This document shows, in pieces, positions 29,244 to 38,771 of a stretch of 62,018 bases of DNA. Under the pieces are notes generated by a model. The model was not told the origin of the DNA, ran no database searches, and saw only the letters and a list, made by a program, of their open reading frames with translations. The position numbers and the translations under genes are program-made. Source of the stretch: Conexivisphaerales archaeon (GTDB lineage: Archaea > Thermoproteota > Nitrososphaeria > Conexivisphaerales > DTJL01); contig JBEKZX010000005.1 of assembly GCA_049509455.1 (NCBI GenBank), positions 1 to 62,018 on the forward strand, in the 5' to 3' direction. How positions within the stretch are numbered: position 1 is the stretch's first letter; every line of letters starts with the position of its first letter.

Positions 29244-29732
29244 TTGGCAATCTTGAAACATGCTGAGTGGCTGGCTGGAGCTTACGAAGTGGACGATGTG
29301 GATAAGCTGGTCTTGGCAGGTTACATGAAGGACGCGTCTCTCTCGTATAAGGAACTGGGCGAAGTCACGGGGTTGCCACCATCGACGGTATTCGACCGGG
29401 TCAAAAGACTCAGGAAGGAGGGCATCATCGTCAGCGTCGTGCCCATTTTGGACACCCAGAAGCTGGGTTTGAACACCATCGCGTTCCTGCAGATCAAGAT
29501 GAGCACGGTCGGAGACTGCTGTGAAGTGGCCGACAGGATTGCGGCCCTGCCAGAGGTTCTGGAGGTGCACGAAATCGCCGGGCCCCTTGACATCCTAGCC
29601 AAAGTGAAGGTCAGGGACAACCTTGACCTCCACAACGTGGGGAGCGTCATATCCAAGATAACCGGCATCGAAGACGTGAACTCCACCGTGACGGTCAGGA
29701 CTATAAAGGAGGACATCCCTCCCAAGCTCTAG
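29244..29732 (+). CDS. Lrp/AsnC-family transcriptional regulator
   Basis: The HTH is LSYKELGEVTGLPPSTVFDRVKRLRKEGII, followed by a RAM/ACT-like C-domain. The exact start (TTG 29244 or a downstream GTG) is uncertain. Confidence 0.8.
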   Translation: MAILKHAEWLAGAYEVDDVDKLVLAGYMKDASLSYKELGEVTGLPPSTVFDRVKRLRKEGIIVSVVPILDTQKLGLNTIAFLQIKMSTVGDCCEVADRIAALPEVLEVHEIAGPLDILAKVKVRDNLDLHNVGSVISKITGIEDVNSTVTVRTIKEDIPPKL

Positions 29733-29886
29733 ACCGCAGTCCTTCCTGTTTCGGCTTTAGTGCTGGGTCGAATCCGGCTGTTCGGCTCCTAGACCGTCGC
29801 TCGAGCCAAGGAGTTCCATGAGGGCGGGAACAGCATATTCTGGCGTTCCATATGAGATGCTAGCAGCGGCAGGGAGCAGGGGCCTC

Positions 29887-30132
29887 CTAGGCGGTGCCAG
29901 CCTTCACTACTTCGTCCGACGGCAGCGTCAGATGATATCCGGCTGCCACGCTGTCCGCTTGGACGAACTTGAGATACTCCTGCCACCTCCTCTTCGGCTT
30001 CACATAAAGAGTCCAATAGTGTAGAGTGCATACTTTCTGGTCGAAGTAGTGATGCACTCCCACGGGGAACTCCATATATTGACATTCAGTGGTGGCACCC
30101 ACCTTGCCGCATTCAACGCAGTTTTCCACCAA
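29887..30132 (-). CDS. hypothetical protein with one CxxC
   Basis: An 81-aa ORF with ATG start and a CVECGK motif. No family recognised. Confidence 0.3.
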   Translation of the reverse strand: MVENCVECGKVGATTECQYMEFPVGVHHYFDQKVCTLHYWTLYVKPKRRWQEYLKFVQADSVAAGYHLTLPSDEVVKAGTA

Positions 30133-30275
30133 TCACGCTCGCTCACCATGCGACGGACGCACGATTACATTAGCGTTGTGCGAATGCTTCAAGGCCTGCG
30201 ATGATACTCCTCTGCACGTGGCCATCGTCCGACAGGGGGCCACATTATGGAAACCGGCCCGATGGAATCCGCGCG

Positions 30276-30833
30276 CTACTTGGTCTTGGATGTGGCCATT
30301 CTGAACTCGCCTTCAAGGACGCCGAAGGTGAGGCCGTCATGGAACTTCCCGTCGAAGTAGATGGCCTCTCTATCCGTCCCCTCCAGTCGGAAGCCGCAGT
30401 TCTTCGCGACCTTTTGTGCCGCCTTGTTGTCGGCCCTGGTCCAGAGTTCGACCTTGTGCATATGAAGCTGGGAAAAGGCCTCGGACGTAAGTAGCCTCGT
30501 CGCCTCCGACCCGATTCCCTTTCCCCTCATCCCCTTCTCCGCTATCACTAGCCCTATATCCACGGTGGTGCTGAAGGGCCTCCACCAGCGCATCGAGGCC
30601 CATCCTATGGGCCTGTCGGTGCCGGCCTGGGCGAGGATGAAGGTCCGCCGATGTGGGTTCTCCCCCTTCAGGTCGAGCTCGAACTCCTTCTCCACCGATT
30701 CCATGGAGGCAATGTTGTCAGGCTGCGACCTCGCCCATTGCATGATTTCGCTGTCATTGAGCCATTTGTGCATGAGCTTGAGGTCGTCACGTTCTAGACC
30801 ACGAAGATACACTCCCTTCCCCGCTATTACCAT
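30276..30833 (-). CDS. GNAT-family N-acetyltransferase (RimJ/RimL-like)
   Basis: LRGLERDDLKLMHKWLNDSEIMQW, RGKGIGSEA and KAAQKVAKNCGFRLEG are present. Start taken at the internal MVIAGK. Confidence 0.8.
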   Translation of the reverse strand: MVIAGKGVYLRGLERDDLKLMHKWLNDSEIMQWARSQPDNIASMESVEKEFELDLKGENPHRRTFILAQAGTDRPIGWASMRWWRPFSTTVDIGLVIAEKGMRGKGIGSEATRLLTSEAFSQLHMHKVELWTRADNKAAQKVAKNCGFRLEGTDREAIYFDGKFHDGLTFGVLEGEFRMATSKTK

Positions 30834-31162
30834 TCTCGCTCCTCTGGGGTCTCGTCGCTCGCCCTTTAATCTTGTTCGGACCGAGGCCACAAGACTGAGG
30901 CAGTCGCTGGATACGAGATGTCTAAGACATAGGTCCTTCTGTCCTCAAGTAGGCCATGAAATTGGCCTCCATCATTGCATCCATAGGGGAGGTTGCGGCC
31001 CAAATTGAATGGGCAACCGCTTCCGCCGGAACGGTCATAGTGAAGTGGGACACCCTCTCCAACTTGGTCCGTTGTCCAAGATGAAGATTACACAGACGAC
31101 TGGATCGACCCTGACGCCCACCCGAACTCCTCTCATCGCCCAATAGGCGTATCTGTCTCATC

Positions 31163-31456
31163 TCAATAGGAATAAGCTTCCAAGGGGTCCAGCGCTTCGC
31201 CCTCGAGGAACTTCATGAGAGGACCCACCTCCAAATATTCCTTCAGCATCAGCCGGCGATCGGGGACCTCCATGCCTGAAGCACCCTTCTTCCCCGAGTA
31301 GAGCGCTACAATGAAGCTGCCGCTAGGCCTGGTGATGAAGATGAAACATGGTTCCCCACCATATCTCCCTTGGACCCTTACCCCGCCGTCGAAGTCCAAG
31401 GTGCGGAGCTCTTTAGCCAGCTCGGAGAGCGTGTTGAGCCTCTTTTCGTAGACCAA
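31163..31456 (-). CDS. hypothetical protein
   Basis: A 97-aa ORF with ATG start and balanced composition. No motif. Confidence 0.35.
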   Translation of the reverse strand: MVYEKRLNTLSELAKELRTLDFDGGVRVQGRYGGEPCFIFITRPSGSFIVALYSGKKGASGMEVPDRRLMLKEYLEVGPLMKFLEGEALDPLEAYSY

Positions 31457-31653
31457 CCGTGACAGCCTAGTAGGAACCTCTCCCTATATCTGTTCGCCCC
31501 TTGCCTTTCGGGTCGGATGAGTTCCATCCTCAGGCTCTTCCTTGGACAGCGATAGTCGTTCGGAGAGAAGCGTGAGCCCCTCCGTAAGCCCAGATTGGGG
31601 CATGCTTTTAATGCTCATCGACGACCACCCTGACCTGAGGCGTCGTTTCGGCA

Positions 31654-32859
31654 TTGCCTTCCGGGTTGCGCATTTTCGACACGCTCAGAGGCCGAATCGA
31701 GCCCTTCGAAAGCTTCACCAAGGGGAGAGTGAAGATGCTCGTCTGCGGCCCCACCGTCCAGAACTACATGCACGTCGGCCACGCTAGGACCGACATCTTC
31801 TTCGACACCGTGGCCCGCTATTTGGGCTATCTGGGTTACAAAGTCACCTTCCTCATGAACATAACCGACATCGACGACAGCATCGTGAAGGGCGCCCAGG
31901 CGGAGAACATGACACCCGACGCTTACTCCCACAAGTTCGCCAACGCGTTCATCCATGACATAGCCAGGCTAAACGTAACGACCATCACTAAGTATCCCAG
32001 GGTATCCGACTACATCCCGAATATGATTAAGGAGGTCGAGGGGCTCATCGCCAAAGGCCACGCCTACGTGGTGGGAGGAGATGTCTACTTGGACACCACC
32101 ACCGTCCCCGACTTCGGAGGGCTTTCACATCTTTCGGCCGAGGAATTGACGCTTAGGCCGATCGAGATAACCCCCAAGAAGAGGCATCTGACCGATTTCA
32201 CATTATGGAGGTCCGCTCCTGACGCAATTCAGCGCTGGGAGAGCCCCTGGGGGGTGGGGAAGCCCGGATGGCACATCCAGGACACCGGAGTCTCCCTGAC
32301 GGAGCTGGGCCCGCAGTACGACATCCATGGCGGCGCCCGGGAGCTGGTGTACCCTCATCACGAATCTCTGATCGCGGAAGCTGAGTCACTCACCGGCGAG
32401 AAACCCTACGTAAAGTTCTGGATGCACACCGGCCTGCTGACCCTCGCCGAAAGGAAGATGTCCAAGTCGGAGGGCAACTCGGTCCTGGTCAGGGAGGCCC
32501 TGTCGAAGTTCGGCGCCAGCCAGCTTCGGCTTTACTTCCTCCTTTCACATTACAGGGAGGACATGGAGTATGATGAAACGAAGCTCGGACACCTCGACGA
32601 AGAGTTCTGGAGGCTGAAGGAGAAGGCGAAGAAAATCAAGGAAGGCTCTTCGGCCTACCCCGTCCTAGATGGCCATAATCTACTGCTGGATCCCTTCACC
32701 GAAGCTATGGACGACGATTTCAACACGCCGCAGGCCATAGCGCGACTAATCAGGCTGGTCGAGGAAGGCGCGGCGCAAACGCTCGTCAAGAGGCTGGATG
32801 CCTACTGTGACTCCATCAGCAAAGCCAGCGCCATCCTGGGCGTGAGCGTCTTTGACTGA
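31654..32859 (+). CDS. cysteinyl-tRNA synthetase paralogue, shortened, with substituted zinc-ligand positions
   Basis: It is colinear with class-I CysRS. Shared blocks are LVCGPTVQNYMHVGHAR (HIGH), NITDIDD, SPWGVGKPGWHIQD, DIHGGARELVYPHHESL, KMSKS and AMDDDFNTP. It is 401 aa and ends right after the DALR-like helix bundle. Confidence 0.8.
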   Translation: MPSGLRIFDTLRGRIEPFESFTKGRVKMLVCGPTVQNYMHVGHARTDIFFDTVARYLGYLGYKVTFLMNITDIDDSIVKGAQAENMTPDAYSHKFANAFIHDIARLNVTTITKYPRVSDYIPNMIKEVEGLIAKGHAYVVGGDVYLDTTTVPDFGGLSHLSAEELTLRPIEITPKKRHLTDFTLWRSAPDAIQRWESPWGVGKPGWHIQDTGVSLTELGPQYDIHGGARELVYPHHESLIAEAESLTGEKPYVKFWMHTGLLTLAERKMSKSEGNSVLVREALSKFGASQLRLYFLLSHYREDMEYDETKLGHLDEEFWRLKEKAKKIKEGSSAYPVLDGHNLLLDPFTEAMDDDFNTPQAIARLIRLVEEGAAQTLVKRLDAYCDSISKASAILGVSVFD

Positions 32860-33616
32860 CATCAGAATCGAAGAGCAAGAGCTCAACGAGGCCCGCTGGT
32901 GGTCGCACTGGGGAGAGTTGAGGTGGCTGGGCAGAGGCGCATACTATATCATGTCGGCGGACTTTCCGGAGCCGCTGTTCAACCATGCCACCGTCTTCGG
33001 GGCCGACCTGGACGCCAAAGCAGTGATGAAGTTCGCCCTAGAAGGGTTCCGGAAGGCTAGAGTGCCACCTTCGTTCTTCGTCATAGACGACCCTCACTTC
33101 GCAGTCCTACGCTCCAAGCTCGACCGCGCTGGCTTCCTTCCCCTAGACAGGATGGAGGTAATGACGGCGAAGGCCAGAAGGCCAGAGCAAGGATGCTCGG
33201 TTGAGGTCTTGCAGGTCGGATCGAACACCCATGAATGGGCCGAGGCATACGTTCGTTCATTCTACGGAGACGGCGGCCCCCTTTCCCAGGTGGAGGCTAC
33301 AGTGGAGAACGCCATTAAGGACAAAGCGGTCTCCCTGATGTTAGCCAAGCGGAGGGGGAAGGTCGTGGGTGAGATGGCCCTCTGCCGCTCCGGAGAACTC
33401 CTGGGTGCATACTGCGTCGGGACCCTCCCCGAGCATCGCAGGTCCGGCGTCGCCAGTGGGATGCTCAACCACGCTCTGCGAACGGCCGAAGAGCAAGGGC
33501 TTTCACTCGTCCTACAGACCTTTGCGGCGGACGACCTGGAGGCCTTCTATGTCAGCCGCGGCTTCATAAGGGTCTACGAGAAGTTGGTTCTCTCGAAGAC
33601 CGGAGGATCACGGTGA
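32852..33616 (+). CDS. GNAT-family acetyltransferase with extra N-terminal domain
   Basis: The C-terminal GNAT core is VVGEMALCRSGELLGAYCVGTLPEHRRSGVASGMLNHALRTAEEQG. The TTG start overlaps the upstream stop by 8 nt. Confidence 0.7.
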   Translation: MTDIRIEEQELNEARWWSHWGELRWLGRGAYYIMSADFPEPLFNHATVFGADLDAKAVMKFALEGFRKARVPPSFFVIDDPHFAVLRSKLDRAGFLPLDRMEVMTAKARRPEQGCSVEVLQVGSNTHEWAEAYVRSFYGDGGPLSQVEATVENAIKDKAVSLMLAKRRGKVVGEMALCRSGELLGAYCVGTLPEHRRSGVASGMLNHALRTAEEQGLSLVLQTFAADDLEAFYVSRGFIRVYEKLVLSKTGGSR

Positions 33617-34104
33617 GGCTCATGGACTTGAGAGTCGAGATCAACAGGAACTTGGATTTGGGTTCCTACGCCTTCCCCGACGTCTTCTGCGGCTTTGAAG
33701 GCGTGGCCGCGGTGAAAGCCATCTTCGGGGGCAAAACGAAGGAGGTCCTTTCCAAGATCAAAGTCATCTTGGTCTCCCGGCGCGGCTACATGCACGTTGA
33801 CGGAGAGACGGGCGATCTTCACGTCAGCCGGTCCTACTTGGAGACGGCCGACGCGAGGTACCTCTATCTAGACGTCATACACGAGCTGGTCCACATTCGG
33901 CAGTTCCACGAAGGCAAGGAGCTCTTTGACGAAAGATACGAGTACGTGGACCGACCCACGGAAATCCAGGCGTACAGGGTTGCCCTGAAGGAAGCGCGGA
34001 GGATAGGCTACGCGGGGGACGAACTCATAGAATATCTCAAGGTCGATTGGGTCAGCGAAGAAGACTTCCGGAGGTTCCTCAGGCTTCTGGGCGTCGGGCC
34101 CTGA
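33613..34104 (+). CDS. HExxH-motif putative zinc metallohydrolase
   Basis: VIHELVHIRQ is followed by a downstream PTEIQAY. GTGA start/stop overlap with the GNAT gene. Confidence 0.5.
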   Translation: MRLMDLRVEINRNLDLGSYAFPDVFCGFEGVAAVKAIFGGKTKEVLSKIKVILVSRRGYMHVDGETGDLHVSRSYLETADARYLYLDVIHELVHIRQFHEGKELFDERYEYVDRPTEIQAYRVALKEARRIGYAGDELIEYLKVDWVSEEDFRRFLRLLGVGP

Positions 34105-34192
34105 AGTATAGCATTAGGTCTCTCTGGTCCCTGCAGCAACGCCTTCTAGCCAAAAACCTAGGAATTGTCGACCGCTACAGTAATACCTTAAC

Positions 34193-34504
34193 ATGGAGAC
34201 CGGAAACCGAAGGGGAGGCGGAAGCTTGCTCGCTGAGGTCGAAGAACTTGGAGAACTAGAGCTTCAAATCGAGAAACTCCGACGGAAGTACAATCGACCA
34301 ATTTCGAAGGCTACAACAGACAGGTACGGGAGAAAGGTCCTCGCCTATCCTGCCGCATTGGACAGAGTTGGCATTAGCGCGTATTCCCTGCAGCACGTTC
34401 CGGTTAAGTCTGAAGATGACATCAAAATGTGGTCCCTTCTGACCCGAGAAGAGGATCTCCTCAGGAAACACACAAGCTACTTCGAAGAGATCGAGCAACG
34501 ATAG
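34193..34504 (+). CDS. hypothetical coiled-coil protein
   Basis: A 103-aa ORF with a heptad-like N-terminus (LAEVEELGELELQIEKLRRK). Confidence 0.3.
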   Translation: METGNRRGGGSLLAEVEELGELELQIEKLRRKYNRPISKATTDRYGRKVLAYPAALDRVGISAYSLQHVPVKSEDDIKMWSLLTREEDLLRKHTSYFEEIEQR

Positions 34505-34639
34505 TCGGCATCATCCGTTTCCCCTTACCGATTTCTTCAGCCAAGCGTCGACGCCCTTCCTCCACGACCGTTCAGAACCCGTTAGCGACCTCTTGTTTAT
34601 CTGCCGGACCGTCGTAACGACGGCGAGGTTCTTGGCTTC

Positions 34640-35392
34640 TTGGGGGAACAGCCTGAAGACAACTCTCTGTCCGGAGCGCTCGAGTGGGCACTCGAGCGGA
34701 TGCGGAAGGCCGGCTACCCCATTAAGTCTAAGGTAACCGTAGAAGTCGATCCCGACCTGAAGATCATGGGCTACGCGAGAAGCGGTAAGGGTTCCCACGA
34801 CATCATCATAGCCGAATGGGCTCTAGATTCGGAGATGCTCGGAGGGTTGATACTCCACGAGCTCGCTCACATTTATCATACCGAAAGGAGCTCACCTTCC
34901 CATGCGTCTGGGGCCGTCGACGACGTCCTCAGGGAAGTCGAGGAGAGGGAAGGGCTCAACGAGAAAGAGTCGACCGCCCTCCTCGACGCCTACAGCCACT
35001 TTCAGAACATCATCGTAGACGACCTCGTCTTCGCTTCCTTGTCGGGCCGGGAACTGAGGCAGGCCCAGAAGTTTTTCGCCGAGTGGCTGTCAGGGAAGCC
35101 GTCGGGGGACTCAGTCGTCGATGCCGTCATGCTGGTGAGGAACGCCTTCGCTATAGCCTCTCTCAAACGCAGGGGCCTCACCGAGGGGTTGGAGAGCATA
35201 GAAGCAGTGAACGCGAAGTTCCTCTCCTTCTACGGAGAGCAGGGACAGGAGCATTTCGACCGTATCGAATCATTCTTGGAGAGCGCCAAGCCCGACTGGA
35301 ACGAGGTGGAGTTCCGACACGCGCTATCTGCATACGTCGAGATGGTGGTGGGCCTCATGAAGGAGCGGAAGGGCCTCCAAGATCTTCGGTAG
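34640..35392 (+). CDS. HExxH-motif putative metallopeptidase
   Basis: LILHELAHIYH in a helical 250-aa protein. No signal peptide. Confidence 0.45.
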   Translation: MGEQPEDNSLSGALEWALERMRKAGYPIKSKVTVEVDPDLKIMGYARSGKGSHDIIIAEWALDSEMLGGLILHELAHIYHTERSSPSHASGAVDDVLREVEEREGLNEKESTALLDAYSHFQNIIVDDLVFASLSGRELRQAQKFFAEWLSGKPSGDSVVDAVMLVRNAFAIASLKRRGLTEGLESIEAVNAKFLSFYGEQGQEHFDRIESFLESAKPDWNEVEFRHALSAYVEMVVGLMKERKGLQDLR

Positions 35393-35447
35393 CTTCCTGG
35401 TTACCCTCAAACACTCTTTAAGCCGGTGACTGTTAAGACGGAGAGCC

Positions 35448-35798
35448 ATGGTTCCAGAACCAAAGGAGAAGAGAAACCGGCTCAACCCTGGAGAGAAGGC
35501 CAACCTGTCCTCGCTGGTCGAATACCAACCCGGCTCGGTTGTGAGTCGCACCATCGTCGAGAGCAAGGCAGGGACCGTGACGATCTTCGCATTCGGCGAA
35601 GGGGAAGGCCTCAGTGAGCATACCTCCCCTCAGGATGCCCTCGTATTCATCCTGGACGGCGAGGCGGCGGTCACCATCGCCGGGAAAGAGAGCCTCCTCA
35701 TGCAAAGCGAGGGCATCATCCTGCCTGCCGGCAAGCCGCATTCGCTTTACGCCCCAAAGCGGTTCAAAATGCTTCTCACCATGATTCGTCCGTCATGA
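35448..35798 (+). CDS. cupin-domain protein
   Basis: GEGLSEHTSPQDALVFILDGEA......G....PAGKPHSL is the two-motif cupin signature. Confidence 0.8.
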   Translation: MVPEPKEKRNRLNPGEKANLSSLVEYQPGSVVSRTIVESKAGTVTIFAFGEGEGLSEHTSPQDALVFILDGEAAVTIAGKESLLMQSEGIILPAGKPHSLYAPKRFKMLLTMIRPS

Positions 35799-35802
35799 TT
35801 TC

Positions 35803-36768
35803 CTACCGGACGGCGTAGGTCCATGGCTTCAGCTCGGGATAGCTGGACGTATGGAGTGCCGCAAGGACCGCCCCGAGCAGGACTGCGTCTTCGCCCATCT
35901 CGGTGAGCTCAACAGGGGGAACCCGATTCCGGGCGAAGTCGCCCATCATCTCCCTGATTGGTCCCAACACCTCATCCGCATTGAACAGCGCAACGGCCCC
36001 GCCTACGACGATGAGCTCCGGGTCGTACACGTCAACTATGTTGGCGAAGCCCATGGCGTTAAGGAGTCCAACTTCGCGGACCACCCTGGCACAAGCCTCG
36101 TCGCCTTTCTTGGATAATTTGAAAATCCGCGGTGAATCGAGCATGCCCACCCTGCGCGCATCCGCCGCGTCGTCAAGGACTAGGCCCGCCAGCCGAGGGA
36201 TGTTCCTGCCTGAGCAATAGGCCTCCCAATGTCCCGCCTTCCCGCAACCGCATACCAGCCTCCGCTCCATGTCAATGACCAAATGCCCGACCTCGTGCGC
36301 ATTCCCGTCCTTCCCCATCAAGAGATGGCGGTCGACGAACACTCCGGCGCCTATGCCCGTGCTCAAAGTCACATAAGCGAGGTTGTCGAACTCCCTCCTC
36401 CTATCTCTTTCGGCGATGACCGCAGCCGTGCAGTCGTTCATTAGAACCAAGGGCCTCCCGAAGGCCTTGAGCAGCGGCTCGGCGAGGGGAACGAACCCAA
36501 GCTTCTGGAGGTTAGCTGGGTTCACTATGCCGCCTCTCCTGTCCAGCGGCCCGGTCGTTGCTACGCCGATGCACCTTGGCCGTGCCACTTCATTCTCTTC
36601 GAGCAACCGAGAAATACACTTGGTGACTTGGGCTCCCAGCGCGGTTTTCGAAACCCTCTGCGTGATGGATTCCGACTCTCTTGCCACAATCTTCCCACTG
36701 TCATCCGCTAGGGCCACCCTCAAACGCGTCGCTCCAATGTCGACCCCTGCTGCGACGTCCATGGACAA
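35803..36768 (-). CDS. ROK-family sugar kinase (glucokinase-like)
   Basis: The N-terminal ATP-binding block is GVDIGATRLRVAL, and the ROK zinc motif is GHLVIDMERRLVCGCGKAGHWEAYCSG. Confidence 0.85.
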   Translation of the reverse strand: MSMDVAAGVDIGATRLRVALADDSGKIVARESESITQRVSKTALGAQVTKCISRLLEENEVARPRCIGVATTGPLDRRGGIVNPANLQKLGFVPLAEPLLKAFGRPLVLMNDCTAAVIAERDRRREFDNLAYVTLSTGIGAGVFVDRHLLMGKDGNAHEVGHLVIDMERRLVCGCGKAGHWEAYCSGRNIPRLAGLVLDDAADARRVGMLDSPRIFKLSKKGDEACARVVREVGLLNAMGFANIVDVYDPELIVVGGAVALFNADEVLGPIREMMGDFARNRVPPVELTEMGEDAVLLGAVLAALHTSSYPELKPWTYAVR

Positions 36769-36945
36769 CTAGGCTCCTCCGTGTCGGCATATCACTGTTG
36801 CCATGGAGCTTCATGTCACGACGCCCCAGAGGAAACCGGGCTATCGCAGCGCCCTGCAGCAACCCAGGCTCCTGCGGCGCCTGCCCTATCAATACAAGGA
36901 GCGTTCGTTTGTCATTCTTGTAGGGCCTTGAGGGAAAGGGATCTT

Positions 36946-37548
36946 CTAGGTCACGCCTGCTAGGCCCGGCTCCTTCCGCTGGGCCCCGGCCTTTTCACGC
37001 GAATTCTGCCACTCCCTGTCGAGCATCGCGAAGACAAGGGAGTCCCTCCATCTCCCTCTGATCCAAATGTTCTCGCGGAGCTGCCCCTCGTGTCTCATCC
37101 CGACCTTTTCCAGAACCTTCACCGACGCCAGGTTCTCGGGGTCGCATGTAGCCCAAATCCTGTGGAACCCCAACTGCTCGAATCCGAACAGCACAAGCGC
37201 TTCAGCAGCTTCCGTAGCGAAACCAGCGTGCCAGTAGATGTTGTTGAAGCAATAGCCGAGGACACCTTCGCGATTCTGGGCGCTCGACAGGCCTAGCCCG
37301 CACCCTCCGATGAGCGAGTCGTCGGCTCTCAATATCACCGCCAGCTCGAAGTGTTGCCTGGGTTGGTCTTGCTGGTGCTTCATGGCTTGCCTGACGAAAC
37401 TCTTCGTTTCCTCTTCAGTGTTCGGACCCCAGGGCATGTATTTCACGACCTCGGGGTCTGAGGCATATACGTGAACGGACTCCCAGTCATCTTCTTTGAA
37501 ATCTCCAAGGAGAAGGCGTTTGGTTCCTAAGGTCAGTCCTGTGTCCAA
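36946..37548 (-). CDS. GNAT-family N-acetyltransferase (RimJ/RimL-like)
   Basis: RLLLGDFKEDDWESVHVYASDPEVVKYMPW and NLASVKVLEKVGMRHEG are present. Confidence 0.8.
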   Translation of the reverse strand: MDTGLTLGTKRLLLGDFKEDDWESVHVYASDPEVVKYMPWGPNTEEETKSFVRQAMKHQQDQPRQHFELAVILRADDSLIGGCGLGLSSAQNREGVLGYCFNNIYWHAGFATEAAEALVLFGFEQLGFHRIWATCDPENLASVKVLEKVGMRHEGQLRENIWIRGRWRDSLVFAMLDREWQNSREKAGAQRKEPGLAGVT

Positions 37549-37715
37549 ACGACTCTGAGAACTTCTCGTCTTCTCAAGCTATTAAGGATGTCCGCCGGGG
37601 GGTTGGTGAGAAGCCTTCGGTTGAAGACGAACACGTCCCGCGCCCAATTGGCCGCCAACTTCCCGAAACCCGCCGCAATAAAGATTAAAGCGTCGGAGGC
37701 GTCGCCATCTTCAGG

Positions 37716-38081
37716 ATGAAAGGGCCAGGAAAGGGAAGTGTGAATTCCTTTGGCCACGTCGTAAGATCGAAGCTGGAGGACAGGGTTTGCGAGGACCTAT
37801 CCAGGAGGGGAGTGCCACACGACCATGACCTACCTCCCTTGACGGTAACGCTGGATAGTGGAAGGAGGACCTCCTATGTGCCTGACATCATGGTGGCGTA
37901 TGAGGGGAATACGATTCTTATCAGCTGCATCACCAGCTATCGTCGCGGCGACCCTCGGATTAGGAGGATAAGATGCTTCAGAAGGGACAACAAGAAGCTC
38001 TACCATACGATAATCGCCGCTCCTCCTGAAGTGGCCAAGCGACTGCCCGCGGACTCTTGCGATGACCTGTTGACCCTCTGA
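37716..38081 (+). CDS. hypothetical protein, faint restriction-endonuclease-fold resemblance
   Basis: SKLEDRVCEDLSRRGV....YVPDIMV....TILISCI recalls the S.lE...L...Y.PDF.....vliEvK pattern of TnsA/Vsr-like nucleases, but the E and K are missing. Confidence 0.3.
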   Translation: MKGPGKGSVNSFGHVVRSKLEDRVCEDLSRRGVPHDHDLPPLTVTLDSGRRTSYVPDIMVAYEGNTILISCITSYRRGDPRIRRIRCFRRDNKKLYHTIIAAPPEVAKRLPADSCDDLLTL

Positions 38082-38152
38082 GCCCTTTTGCCCGCTGGCG
38101 AAGTGACCTCGTAGGAAAGGTTCATCTGCCTACCGCCCGGAAAGGTCGCTGG

Positions 38153-38680
38153 ATGAAACCTAGAGTCAGGGTGGCCGTAGGGAGCACTAACAAGGTCAAG
38201 TTGGAGGCGGTTAGGCTGGCGCTAGAGCCTTTCTTCGAAGGCGAGGTCGTCGGCGTCAAGGCCGGCTCCGGCGTCAGCGATCAACCGCTAGGGGAGGAGG
38301 CCTTCAAGGGGGCCCGGAACAGGGCCCTCAACGCCCTGAAATCGGCCCGCTGCGACCTTTCGGTGGGGATCGAAGGCGGCATCATGGAACTCAATGGTCG
38401 CCGATATGCGTTCGCTGCCGTTTCGGTCGCGGACACGAGAGGCCGCGAATCGAGTGCCACCACCGGGCTCTTCCCGCTCCCGCAGGAATCTTTGAGGCTA
38501 GTGGATGAGGGCCTGGAACTGGGTGAGGCCATGGATGAGATAACGGGCATCCCCGACGTCAAGCATGGGCCTGGCGCGGTGGGGATTCTAACCAAGGGGG
38601 TGATAGATCGGACGACCCTCTACAGTCACGGGGTGACCTTGGCCCTCATACCCTTCCTGAACGACCGGTTCAGCTGGTGA
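38153..38680 (+). CDS. inosine/xanthosine triphosphatase (YjjX / DUF84 NTPase)
   Basis: RVAVGSTNKVKLEAVRLAL, GVSDQPLG.E...GA.NRA and GIEGG are present. Confidence 0.8.
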   Translation: MKPRVRVAVGSTNKVKLEAVRLALEPFFEGEVVGVKAGSGVSDQPLGEEAFKGARNRALNALKSARCDLSVGIEGGIMELNGRRYAFAAVSVADTRGRESSATTGLFPLPQESLRLVDEGLELGEAMDEITGIPDVKHGPGAVGILTKGVIDRTTLYSHGVTLALIPFLNDRFSW

Positions 38681-38771
38681 TGCCGGTCCGATGGCAACGT
38701 CAGGCCCTAGCGAGAGGGCCTTTCTATGAAGCCCAAGGGTAATAAGAAGGAGCGCTACAACGGGAACTGGG

